Assembly: GCF_006345805.1 (NCBI RefSeq)
Contig: NC_043003.1
Span: 50,220,001 to 50,284,000 of the forward strand
Origin: Octopus sinensis
Lineage: Eukaryota
DNA length: 64,000 bases
Reading direction: 5' to 3'
Shown here: positions 39,756 through 52,389 of the stretch, piece after piece
How the letters are laid out: each line of letters starts with the position of its first letter
Position numbering within the stretch: the first letter of the stretch is position 1
Notes under the pieces: generated by a model
Databases searched by the model: none
Told to the model about the DNA's origin: nothing
What the model saw: only the letters and a program-made list of their open reading frames with translations
Position numbers and translations under genes: made by a program

Positions 39756-39950
39756 GGAGGCGCAATGGCCCAGTGGTTAGGGCAACTGACTCGCAGCCGT
39801 AAGAACGAGGTTTCGATTCCCAGACCGGGAATTGTGAGAATTTATTGAGCAAAAACACCTAAGCTCCACTATGCTCCGGCGGGTGGAGTGGGGGGTGAAC
39901 CCCACTGTAGTCTTTCGCCACAACTTTCTCTCACTCTTTCTCCTATTTCT
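39756..39950 (+). mobile_element. tRNA-derived SINE, family 3
   Basis: ggaggcgcaatggcccagtggttagggc (A box) ... ggtttcgattccc (B box). Confidence 0.85.
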
Positions 39951-40233
39951 GTCACAAAGCAGAGGAACCATGGTGTAACCCACTATGGTGTGGTAAACTT
40001 TCAGACCCTAGTCTAGATTGCCAATCCTCTGTACCCCAGGATGGTTCAGCTCTCCATCCGTTAAAAGCCACTATTTACGGAATGAGGATAACAACGTAGC
40101 TTTCGCGCCCGTGCAACCGCCAGTCTATCGCGTGTGGTGGGTGGATCTTCAATTGCCACACGCACTCTTAGTAGCTTAGAGTAGGCTCGAATTAGAAATT
40201 ATTTTTTGTGGATAATGGCGTGAGTCCTGATTG

Positions 40234-40384
40234 AAAGAAGAAGAAGAAGAAGAAGAAGAAGAAGAAGAAGAAGAGAAGAAGAAGAAGAAGAAGAAGAAGA
40301 AGAAGAAGAAGACGAAGAAGAAGAAGAAGAAGAGAAGAAGAAGAAGAAGAAGAAGAAGAAGAAGAAGAAGAAGAAGAAGAAGAA
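40234..40384. repeat. (GAA)n microsatellite
   Basis: Read directly. Confidence 0.98.
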
Positions 40385-41117
40385 GGCAACAGCAGGACAA
40401 CTAAACTATAATTTTTCTTGTTGATATTTAGTTTACAAACATGAAAACGCATTTGGTTTCGATCCTTAATATCTAAATCGGACTCAAAGGAAGAAATTAG
40501 AATTTAAGATTTACAAATAATAGACACCCACGATATTCAATAGGCTTTTGCATTCTGCATTTCGAAAGACCTATCTTATTTTACAGTATTACTTTATGAA
40601 TCATTCCTTAGTTATAGAATATATCCGTCAGTTACGGCAATGAAGCTGCTACAATGCTTGCCAGAGAGATTGCCCCGTCGGCGAATCAGTCAGGCAGGAA
40701 TTTCCTTTGGAAAAGATGAGAGATATCGAACGCCTATTGGTCAGCAACTCATCTCATTAAGAACTTTTAGTTTTAGCCATGGTCGAAATATTTGTCGAGT
40801 GCCTGTTATCTGCTGTGGGAAAAGAGGTGTGAAGCAAGTCTACGTCTTCTTATTTTGTGCAATTAGAGAACACAACGGAGGAATGTAAAATGCATAAATG
40901 CATTATACAAAGTAGATGTATGTGAGTGTGTGTGTGAGTGTGTGTGTGAGTATATATGTGTGTGTGTGTATACATATATAGGTGTATATATACGCATGTA
41001 CATATATACATGTACATATTCGTATATGTATATGTAAATATATATATATATATATGTATGTATGTATGTATATATAATATAATATGATACTTTATATATA
41101 TACATATAAATATGTAC

Positions 41118-41164
<47 letters not shown>

Positions 41165-41339
41165 GTCGGGCATATACGTATATGAATACGCACATGCACA
41201 TATGGTTTAGATAGAAAGAAAATAATAGCCTTCCATGTATTAAACTTGGTATAAACAAGTGATAAATATGTTAAGGAGTTGCACAACTTCTTCGATTTAG
41301 AATCTGTTATAGCTAGTTAAGACGACGTCATAAATAATT

Positions 41340-41580
41340 TAAATGTATTAGTTACTTAAGTGAAATGGCCACTTTAATATGTTAGGCTCTTTTTACTAGC
41401 TGTTTAATCGTATCTGGCCACTTAAACGTTGCGCTGTCTATTTTAATATGTTAGCAGCATATGGAGTATTGGTCATCTAAGTGCATTTGTTGTTTAAATA
41501 CATTATCCATTTGGAGCGCTGGCGATTTTAAGTATTGGCCATTTAAATGGTATTGGTCATTTAATTGCATTGATCATGCA
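41340..41580. repeat. Degenerate minisatellite, unit resembling TATTGGCCATTTAAATG
   Basis: Recurrent tggccactt/ttggtcatctaa/ttggccatttaa/ttggtcatttaa words. Confidence 0.6.
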
Positions 41581-42730
41581 ATGTCATCGACATTACTACA
41601 TATTAAAACAATGGCCTAATGACGATTAGTGAACGGTTGGCATGCTGCGAATTATTGTTGTTGTTGTTGTGGCTGCTGCTGTTGCCGTTGTATCTCCAGG
41701 TCAGCCTGATCGAGTAGATAGATAACCAAACACGTAACCATTGTCTCACCTTTTCGTATTATCATCAATTCAACAGCAGGGATACATCTTATCTAACTTG
41801 TTCTTCTTCTTCTCTCCCTCCCTCACCTTCTTAAGCGATTAGGGTTTGTTTGACTTGAGGGAGATTTCACTGCCCTTTCTGGTCGATCGAGTGGCAAGTT
41901 CGTAAAACGAACTGTTAAAAAAGAAAATCCCTCCAATACCTCTTTGGTGGTGGATCTAGCCGCCGTTATGTTTTTTTTTTACAGACCAACCATCTGCACC
42001 GCTTATCAGTCTCATACTTATTCACGTAATCTAATCACAGAGCTTCTAACACCGAGAGAACAGCTGCCGTTTGCTTTCTCTCCTTAAGCAACTCTCACCC
42101 ATCACAAATATAACATAAAATATAACAAAAATAAAAAAAGAGAAGCAAAGAATAAATAAAAATAACAATACAATATTTATTTACTATTTAGCATTTTCTT
42201 TTCTTTTTCGTCTTTATTCGAAGGGTGGGTCTTTGTATTTTTTTCTTTTCTTTGGTTTGTTTTATATCTTCCGTTGTTGTTTTTTTTTTCGCCTTTGTTG
42301 TTCACCGTCATTAAAGAAATAGTTGATGTCCATGATGGACAATTGATTGTGTTTACATGTGAACATTGCTTGTAGAACAATAAAGTCTATGTGATTCTTG
42401 AAACATGTGCCATCGCCCGCCCACCCACCCTCCCGCTTACCTATCCAACCGACCCACCGACCCACCGACCGAAAGAGGGACGCGATGTATTTGTAGTTCT
42501 GGAATGGCTCAGTAAAAATGTAGGTAAATTCAGACTGTTGTTCTGCTAAATGCGTGTGGTTAAAAATGTTATTTTCATCTTCAGGAACAGCTGTGCTAGT
42601 TTCAAAATATGTATATAATAGCATATCTGGAATAGTCCTCCTCCTCCTCCTCCTCACAACCTCCGATCTAGCTCTCTCTCACCCTCGCTTTCATTTTCTC
42701 TCACCCTCCTTCTCTCTTTCTGTCTGTCTA

Positions 42731-42777
<47 letters not shown>

Positions 42778-43391
42778 CTCTCTCTCTCTCTCCCTCTTGC
42801 TTATGACTGTGTTTTGAGAAAGACAGCACATTGCTGAATCCATCTATCAATCTAACTATACACACTCGTATACACATATATATGCACATATATATAAAAC
42901 ACAACACACACACACACATATATAATACACACATGCATATATGTATAGACAGTTAGATATATAAACCAAACTATATATATATAATATATATATATATATT
43001 ACATGTATACATATAAACAAAACTATATATATATACATACACACACTCACACACACACACATACATACAGTTTTTGTTTATGCTGTCGTATAAAACTCTA
43101 AAAGTGCTTAACAGAACTGGAAATATGTAGAGTCTTACTTATATAAATGTAAATTTTTGAGACCTGAAAAGCAGTTAGACGCCCTGAACTACGGTTTTGA
43201 TCGGTCGCTCAATTATACAAACGCACCAAAAATTACGAAATGTATCTCAATCTTTGCTGCGTAAGTGAGATAAAAATCAAATACAAAACAAGCTTGTTTG
43301 AAACTTAATTTAATTGCATCAGAAGTAAAAAAAAAAAAAAGAACAATCATTATCAGATGTTTTTCATAAGTGATAATATAGAGGTAATTTG

Positions 43392-43795
43392 AGGGCGGCG
43401 AGCTGGCATAAACGTTAGTACGCCGGGCGAAATACGTAGCTGTATTTCGTCTGCCGTTACTTTCTGAGTTCAAATTCAACCAAGGTCGACTTTGCCTTTC
43501 ATCCTTTCGGGGTCGATAAATTAAGTACCAGTTACGCACTGGAGTCGATATAATCGACTTAATCTGTTTGTCTGTCCTTGTTTGTCCGCTCTGTGTTTAG
43601 CCCCTTGTGGGCAGTAAAGAAATAGGTATTTCGCCTGCCGTTACGTTCTGAGTTCAAATTCCGCCGAGGTCGACTTTACCATTTATCCTTTCGGGGGGTC
43701 AATCAAATAAATACCAGTTATGCACTGGGATCGGTATAATCGACTTAATCAGTTTGTCTGTCCTTGTTTAGCCCTTTGTGGGCAATAAAGAAATA
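43392..43795 (+). mobile_element. Dimeric SINE family 1 (full unit plus 5'-truncated unit) with 17-bp TSD
   Basis: Unit 2 restarts at ggtatttcg (43625). AATATA(G/T)AGGTAATTTG flanks at 43375-43391 and 43796-43812. Confidence 0.88.
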
Positions 43796-46036
43796 AATAT
43801 ATAGGTAATTTGGTGCGTTCGGAAGGAACTTATTTTTTGATATCTATACATTGGATAAAATGGCTTACGGCATTTATTACGTCCCTATACATTCTGAGTT
43901 CAAATCTCGCAGAAGCTGAGATTAATTTTCATTTTGGGGCATCGGCAAAAGAAAGAAGCAGTCAAGTATTAAGGCGATACACTTGATTTATCCCACCCCA
44001 AAATTGTTGCTATCCCCATGGCATTTCTTTAGTCATTCAGTGTACAGAAAATGCTTGACGGTAATCAACGCTAACGGTGGGCACACAAGATATTGAGTTC
44101 GTCTCTTTGGATCCAGGACATTCCGTCATCACGTGACACCATGTGACGTCAAATATGTTTCAAGAAATGACGTTTTATCATTAGGAAAGAACGGTTTCTT
44201 TATTAGCACTCATCAATCAATGCTATGGTAGTCTATTAATAAATCAGTTTCTATTTAGTATGTGTGCGACGTTTCTTTTGTAGTTCCGTTTATGCTCGCG
44301 CGCGCATGTGTGCATGTGTGTGTGTGTTTATGTTTGTATGGTTATTAGTGCAGATATCAGAACACCATTGCGTGGGACAAAAGCAGTTCTGGGGTATGAG
44401 ACATTTTAGCACTGCCGTTTTGGTGTTGCCTATTTAGTGTTGCTGATTCTATGCTGACTTGATATAAAATTCTGCGTAGAATTTAGGTATGATTTTTGTT
44501 TAGGCTTACCTTCAATCTCATACGGTAGACCTACGATCGAAGGCGTTCCACCCAAATTCGTCTCGTATATTTCCAGGCTCAACTTATGTAGTAATCCATT
44601 ATCCAATGCATTATTTTTAAAAGCCAGTAGCTTAGATTTGAGAGAGGTTTAGCTTTCGCTTCTGTTAGGTCGGTTAGTTAAGTAAGACTCCACATTGGCC
44701 CAATAGAAATTTTTGCTATCTCAGGAGAAGGCTACTATTTGTTAGTTTGTCTTGTATGAATATTGGTAATTGCCGATGGTCAGTTTGCAAGGGTAATTAG
44801 GTGCTGTTGGAGTGGTGAGCAGTTTATATACTGTCTCTCACCAATACTGCGATGTGTCTCGGCCCCAAATATTCAGTTTCTAAGACTCACACCACTTAAC
44901 TGTAACATATTTACTCTACAGCTAGGTGGCGCTCTTTTAAGCAGTTTGTTGTAAAACAACACTTGAAGGTAAACAACAGAAGGAAACAGCCCTAACAACA
45001 ACGAGCATTTCGTTGTTTAGCCACATTGAAAGCAATTCATAACAGGGAAACTGCTAGCTACGACAAACTAGCGCCAAACGCAAAGAAAAACTTATTTATC
45101 GTTCGTGTGAAATAGGAGGCATACAGTCGTCAGGATCATTGCTGGTTTAAAAGAAAACGATTTAGTTATGCAAATTTGTGGTTATGATAAATATATATAA
45201 ATAAAAAAAAACTAGGGGGTAAGCATGTTTGGTAACGTATCAGCTACAATTTCAAAGCAATTTGCTATACTGTTGTGGTTTCATTTGTTTTGTTATCTCG
45301 ACTGTGTAAGTAGGGTCCAGGTTATGTTTTTCCCACAAATTGCAAACGAGTCTTCACCTAGATTAACAAAGGATTAACGAAAGGATACAGTTAGGGTACA
45401 CAAACATATACGTGAGAATGAAAACTTATTTCAATTGTCAGACATCTCTTGCTAAATGTCTTCTCTAACTTAAAAGTACTTATTAAGATTTACTATATAT
45501 TTTAATGCGCAAATAAATACGTGTACTCGCACACATATACGTAAATACATGCAAGCAAATTGACCTCACATAACAAATTTGCATTATATATGAAGGGTTC
45601 TGTATGTATGAATATATGTATGTATGCATGCGTATACATGTAAGTACACACACATGTACACACACATACTCACACACAACGCACACACACACATATACAC
45701 ATACGCAAATACACACACAAGTCCTTTTATAATAAACACAGTTAATGATGTTACAGAACTATTTTTATCAAATTTTCTTTGCCCCCAACCTTATTTAAAA
45801 CAAATCAAAAATTATTCGATTCTTAAAACTCAAATTCTTGCATAATGTTATTGAAAAAGTTTCGTCTCAACATGTTCACAATAAGTGGCATTCACGCTCT
45901 CTCTCCCTCTCCCTATCTCCCTCTCACACACATGCACTCTCTCTCTCTCTCTCTCTGCACGAGTGTGCATGCATGTTTTTATGTATGTATACATGTATGT
46001 ATGTATACATGTATGTATGTATATGTGTATATATAT

Positions 46037-46078
<42 letters not shown>

Positions 46079-46095
46079 ATATATATATAAGAGGT

Positions 46096-46144
<49 letters not shown>

Positions 46145-46170
46145 AAAAAAGCAACAAGAATGGATTAAAA

Positions 46171-46258
46171 TCTCGGTACGATCGTTTCGTACGAGGACAT
46201 CTTTAATAAGCTACAAAAAATGCAGTGAATACAGATGGCCCGTACTCGTCAGCCGAAA
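46171..46258 (-). ncRNA. Type I hammerhead ribozyme motif (canonical core)
   Basis: Reverse complement of 46506-46593. Confidence 0.88.
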
Positions 46259-46505
46259 AAACATCAGAGAATTCCCAAACATCAAAAGGGGTAGATACAA
46301 AAGAGGTTGTAAGATTAACTGCATTGAAGAAAGCTCGATTCATGGAGATCCGATGAAAGGTTTTAAACCTATAGAATTTATGCATGTCTACATATAGCTC
46401 ATATTGAATATTTGATCAAGTTGTGTGAAGAAATTTTCGGATACAGTCATGCAAAAACCTCTTTTGTATCTACCCCTTTTGATGTTTGGGAATTCTCTGA
46501 TGTTT

Positions 46506-46593
46506 TTTCGGCTGACGAGTACGGGCCATCTGTATTCACTGCATTTTTTGTAGCTTATTAAAGATGTCCTCGTACGAAACGATCGTACCGAGA
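46506..46593 (+). ncRNA. Type I hammerhead ribozyme motif (canonical core)
   Basis: TTTCGG-CTGACGA-GTACG..long stem II..CGTAC-GAAA-C-GATC-G-TA-CCGAGA. Predicted cut after GUA at 46587. Confidence 0.88.
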
Positions 46594-46740
46594 TTTTAAT
46601 CCATTCTTGTTGCTTTTTTCCTATTTGTAATCACCCCACTTGTCGTATGGTTAACACCATATAGATTTCCGGTGCATCCTAGTTAAGGACCATATTCATG
46701 TGAATTCTTTAGAATTCACTAGAATCTCAATTACTTAACC

Positions 46741-46817
<77 letters not shown>

Positions 46818-46886
46818 AGGGGGAGATATCATTCTCCCTCTTTCTCTCTCTCTCTCCATACACACACACACACACATATATTTATT

Positions 46887-47068
46887 ATGTTGAACCGTTA
46901 ATCCCTACATATTTTTTCCCTCTCCATTTTTCCCTCTTAATCCTTTCTGTCGAAGAGCGTAGGCTCGAAACGTAAAAGACTTTTCCATTCTTCCAGAGCG
47001 TTACACTAATACACCTACTTCTTCTTCCTACACCTGTCTTCGCCTTATATGTTCTGTAAATTCGAACT
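46887..47068 (+). mobile_element. PLE pLTR fragment (family B) with a hammerhead-like motif at 46943-46978
   Basis: CTTT-CTGTCGA-A-GAGC-gtag-GCTC-GAAA-CG-TA-AAAG (A6>U). A small related piece lies on minus at ~31182-31216. Confidence 0.7.
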
Positions 47069-47071
47069 GAG

Positions 47072-47154
<83 letters not shown>

Positions 47155-47623
47155 TATGCATGTATATGTGTATATATATATATATTATATATATATATAT
47201 ATATTATATATATATATATATATATACATATATATGTATGTATATATATATGCGTGTGTGTGTGTGTATGTACAGGCATTACATACGCACGCACAGAGAC
47301 ATGTCTTTCATTTTTACTTATTTTACACACACACACAGCATAAAGAAAGGTAAAATGGTACAAATGAAACGAGGGAAATAAATGATGTGCAATTGGACAA
47401 CGTGAGAAGTTTCAACAGAGAGAATAAAAATTCAAAAGATGGTGGACAAAATATAGAAACAAAAATATTTAACATAAAAAGCTTGTGTACAGGGAATAGT
47501 ACGCCGAAAAGGGAAAGATGTCAACTGAAAGTAGATTAAGAAAGCAATAAACAAAAGAAAAAGAGAAGCCAAAAATCAAATGTTTAATGTCTGTGTGCAC
47601 CTAGTCATATATATAAATGTGTG

Positions 47624-47695
<72 letters not shown>

Positions 47696-47706
47696 AGATA
47701 TAGATA

Positions 47707-48269
47707 CTTTATTGAAAAGCAGCAGAAATATCACAAAAACTGTTACTCAGAGTTTCACGTTCCCGTTCGTCGGACAGTTTTGTTCAGATAAGCATATTAC
47801 TCTACTTCTGGTATTCGAGTACTATTTTTAGTAGAGATATGGAGAAAGTAAGAAGAAAAACGCGAAAATGCACATTGGGTATCAAGAAAAGTAACGATAA
47901 ATACATACAATGAGATGAACTGGGGTAGAATTAAGAGGAATAAAAGTCATTATTATGAATTGTTAAAGGGATTCAGAGTCATACCGGTTTCGTCAATCAT
48001 TGTTCACTGGCTTTGAATGCGCACCGATTATGAAATGGTGTTGGGTCTACTAGTCCCTGAGTAAAAAGATTATGTGTAAAGGGATGTATGGGAGTTAGTG
48101 GTATTATTGTTAAGGTAGTAGTGTTCTGTATTATGTTATGTGTTCATGTTAAGTTGTGGGTGTAATCAGTTCATCTAATTGTATACATTTATCGTTACTT
48201 TTCATAAAAAGCCTTTATTTTTTAATATATACAATGTGTATTTTCGCGTTTTTTCTTCTTACTTTCCCC

Positions 48270-48304
<35 letters not shown>

Positions 48305-48790
48305 CGTGTGTGTGTGTGTATGTATGGATGAATTATTTTCGGTACACTGTTTCACGGTAGAACCCAGTATTTTTGGATAGAGACATCTTCTACACCTCCT
48401 TCATGGTTATGGAAACGAAAGAGATGACCACGCGTGTAACGTAATATATGATTTCATTGTTGAGTTTTTTACTGTCCCGAAATATTCGGTAAAATCTTTT
48501 GACACAGTGTTTCGACAATTAGAGCTGTTTTGTCATTACTTTACATTGTTATGCGGCAATGAATAAGGGATAAGATAATGAATTTTCTTCAATAAAGTAT
48601 TGCGGAATAACTGACAGTTATATTAAGTTCATTTTCTTTCTGGATGTTGATTTTTAAAAAAAGTTGTTTTGCGATGTAGAATATAACGTCCATGCTGATT
48701 GGTGGATTAAACCAGGATGTATTTCTCTTCCTGGTGCAAGTTTTAGTGCTGTTTGAAAGGGGGCGTTGAATGAATGAAGCATATTTAAAG
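47707..48790 (-). mobile_element. Decayed Penelope-like element, 3' portion
   Basis: Minus-strand peptide RKRNTSWFNPPIS..V...IAK.LF..ITVSYS (48600-48740) matches the PLE RT-to-GIY-YIG linker RKRNIIWFNPP..KVSYS. A hammerhead motif lies downstream. Confidence 0.75.
47736..47781 (-). ncRNA. Type I hammerhead-like motif (U4>C core)
   Basis: AAAACTGT-CCGACGA-ACG-ggaa-CGT-GAAA-CTCTGAG-TA-ACAGTTTT; 8-bp stem I. Confidence 0.72.
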
Positions 48791-48880
48791 TGCATCAACA
48801 TGTAATACACACACACACATACACACATACACACATACTCAAGCCCAAACACACACATACACGTATATATATATATATAG

Positions 48881-48926
<46 letters not shown>

Positions 48927-49256
48927 ATATATAATATATATATATATATATACATATATATATACACACATGTACTTGTACAAATACACGCATGAGCAGG
49001 AACATATATTAAAAGTATGTACATAGATTCATGCAAAATATTCGAAGATTGTATACTAGTTTTTCTGTGTTTACTTGCATTGGTTAGAAGTGTAGATGCT
49101 CGTAAACTTTATTATGCTTAAGAGAGGATTTGCGTATATAGTGTATGTATGCATGTACTTGTGAATGGCAAAGTAAAAATATGCACGCATAAACTTGTGG
49201 AAACCACACACCTGAACATATATACTCATATAATATATTAATTCGTTTTCTTTGTC

Positions 49257-49507
49257 GACCTTTTCAAGCCTAGCCAGGCTCATGGGCCTGGTTTCCCGGT
49301 TTCTGTGGCGTATGTATCCCCCCCCCCAGCTGGACGGGACGCCAATCCATCGCAGCATTACTCAAGAAACAGGAAGAAAGCGTGAGAGAAAGTTGAGGCG
49401 AAAGAGTACATCAGGGGTCACCACCACCACCTGCCGGTCTGGGAATCGACACCGTGATCCTCCGACCGCGAGTCCGCTGCCCTAACCATAGGGCCATTGC
49501 GCCTCCA
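49257..49507 (-). mobile_element. tRNA-derived SINE, family 3
   Basis: Minus-strand head ggaggcgcaatggccctatggttagggcagcggactcgcgg; 3' part shared with 18701. Confidence 0.85.
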
Positions 49508-50476
49508 CATAATATATTCATACCGAATTGTATATATAAAGACATACAAATACAAAATATACGCATATACATCTCACATCTGTAAATATACACACATATG
49601 CACACGCACACACACACGCGCACACATACACGCACGCACACATACGCACGCATGTATGTATGTATGTTTGTTTGTATGTATGCATGTATGTATGTATGTT
49701 TGTTTGTATGTATGCATGTATGTATGTGTATAGGATGTCCCCCTAAAATGTATACACACTATAGCAGATGAAAACTCACATATATACATACACATATATA
49801 TATATATATGTATGTATGTATACATGTATGTATGTATATGTATATATAATATATATTTTTTTATATATTACGTATACATATCTATCTATCTATATATATT
49901 AATATAAATATTTATACGTATGTATGCATATGCATAAATATACATACACATGCACCTACACAGATACACACACGTTCACGCACACGCACACACACATGTA
50001 TATATCTACGCAGAGAGATACACACCCAGCACGTGAAAAGTAAAAACATTCACACATACACATAAATACTCAGATACATACATACATACATGTACGTGCG
50101 ATTCTGTAGGTAGATATAAACGCAAAAGCAAAACATACTTATCAATACAAATGTACTTAATATGACAGACGTGCAGTAACTCCCTCGCTGCCAAACCTAT
50201 GCCTGCGAAAGGCCATAGATTTCCCCCTCGCATTTGTGTATACATCTGATGACCTCTACAAACGATGTCGATGAGCAGCTGTGTTCATTTTAGAAATATA
50301 CGTGTGCTGCTTTGTTTATTAGAATCTCAATTATTTTCTGCACACGACTAAAATGTGAGTAAATGTTTCTTGCCTCTTGACAACATATTTCTATCTGCAG
50401 GGGAATCAGTGCACTTAACACTGGATTCTTTTAAAAAGTATATCTTTGTGTATGTATGTAGGTATGTGTGTGTATG

Positions 50477-50508
<32 letters not shown>

Positions 50509-50702
50509 CATGTATGCATAAGTATGTATGTGTGTATGTATGTATGTGTGTGATGTATGTGAATAAATAAACCAATACTACTGTCTTGGCTGATAACAAA
50601 TACCAATATATACATATACATACATGCATATATGCATACATACATATATACTTACGCACACACGCACACATACAAAAATATACATATACATACATACATA
50701 CA

Positions 50703-50735
<33 letters not shown>

Positions 50736-50870
50736 GATATATATATATATACATACATACATACATGTGTGTGTGTATACCAAATAATCCCCCGCCACCA
50801 TATTTCCACATTTGCGTACAATTATACACATGCTTACATCAATTTATTCATACCTACATACATGTTTATA

Positions 50871-50923
<53 letters not shown>

Positions 50924-50924
50924 T

Positions 50925-50956
<32 letters not shown>

Positions 50957-51401
50957 CATATATAAACATGTATATATGTATGCATGCATGTATGTATGGA
51001 TGTCATTATTCAGTTTATTTCAAGATTTCTTGCCAAGAGGGAACGAACCGGTTTTTAACCTGTATCCAGAGTTCCTTCATTGGAATTTCAATATCAACAA
51101 CAGGGCATTTTTGCTTGCTTGTATGTATGTATGTATGTATGTATGTATGTATGTATGTATGTATGTATGTATGTATGTATGTATGTTTGTATGTATGTAT
51201 GTGTGTTCGTAATCACATACACTCACAATCATACAAACACCATTTATCCTTATGAGCGTTTCTGCACACATGTACGCTAAAATAACATCCACCTCTGGTC
51301 TGTGAGCGTTCGCTTCAACATTTGTGACTTTTTTTATACCTTCATACACTCAGAATATCTCTTTCTTACCCTCCCTATTTCCCTCATAATCTTCTTCATT
51401 C

Positions 51402-51433
51402 TTCTGATAAAGGACAAACCTCCGAAACATCAG
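51402..51433 (+). ncRNA. Decayed minimal hammerhead-like motif
   Basis: CTGATAA-A-GGA-caaacc-TCC-GAAA-CA-TC-AG; G8>A and weak stem I. Confidence 0.4.
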
Positions 51434-52306
51434 TGAATTCCCTTTCTTCTTCTGATCTATTTTTCGACAACTCGACAAGCTTCTGCAAAATCTGTGCCCC
51501 AATATATAGTCACTGGTGAAAAAAATATTCAGCCATGACTATATACTGGAGAACAGATTTCGTTTAAGCAGGTGATGATTTCTTGCACAGCATTGCCAAG
51601 CTTCAGCAAAGTCGAAACGAGTCCATCGTTCTAGTGAGACAGTGCAGCAACCATATAAATTGTGTTTTGAAAACAATAAATTTATGAATAGTATTTACCT
51701 CATAGAATTCTGAGGGGCTGGAGAGAGGAGTTTCAAAAAATTCACAGGACTCGACATTTTCCCTCACAACTTTCTGGAAAATAGGTATCTTTTGATAAAA
51801 TTTTATACAAATACCTTTCAAAAGGTGAAGGTTGCGTTTACAAAGAAATTTTCGGGCAAAAGTTTTGGAAGTGGGTGGGGTTAAAAAGTGCCATAACTAT
51901 AAAATCAGCTTTTGGCTTTTTTGAGGGCTTTAGAACCCCAAAACTGTAGTTTTTTTTTTTTTTGCTTTAGAGTTAAAAAATGCTGATTTTATAGTTTTAA
52001 AATTTAAAGGGCCTAAAAGGGTGATTTCATAGTTTTGGCCCTTTTTTTAGGCTTTTAAAGGCTTTAGAGCCAGAAAAATGTAAAAAAAAAAAAACTAAAA
52101 TAAAACACAGACTAAAAACTGAAAACAATACAAACTTTTAGATATTTACCTGTTTTTATTAAATGTTTGGGTTAACGGACTTGAGTTAAAGGAAGCTAAA
52201 TGTAACGAAAGTTAATTAGTCCGATAATGATTTTCAAAGTTATCTTAGAAGTTGAATCGTTAAAGAAAATATTAACTTCATTAATTAACTATTAACGGAT
52301 TAACGC

Positions 52307-52388
<82 letters not shown>

Positions 52389-52389
52389 G

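Larger units (their letters stand above)
46140..46740 (+). mobile_element. Fold-back PLE pLTR remnant in (TA)n: 169-bp inverted arms 46140-46308 and 46456-46624, plus tail
   Basis: The arms read as exact reverse complements and each contains a hammerhead motif. Confidence 0.85.

Noticed and set aside
39756-39830. tRNA-like sequence
   Set aside because: It continues into a repeated SINE body, so it is a SINE head and not a tRNA gene. The same holds for the other SINE heads.
41340-41580. Spaced repeats superficially like a CRISPR array
   Set aside because: Units are degenerate and irregularly spaced, there are no cas genes, and the context is eukaryotic.
41970-42660. Acceptor-like sites (tttttacag at 41984, ttcatcttcag at 42584) and a 131-aa minus-strand ORF
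   Set aside because: No consistent exon with donor and open frame; the ORF ends are low-complexity.
50246-50270. CTGATGA...CAAACGATG
   Set aside because: No stem II and no GAAA; chance match.
51860-52313. Homopolymer-rich degenerate repeats and a hAT-like end (AACGCCCATCTCT)
   Set aside because: No matching second terminus or TSD found; too decayed to call.
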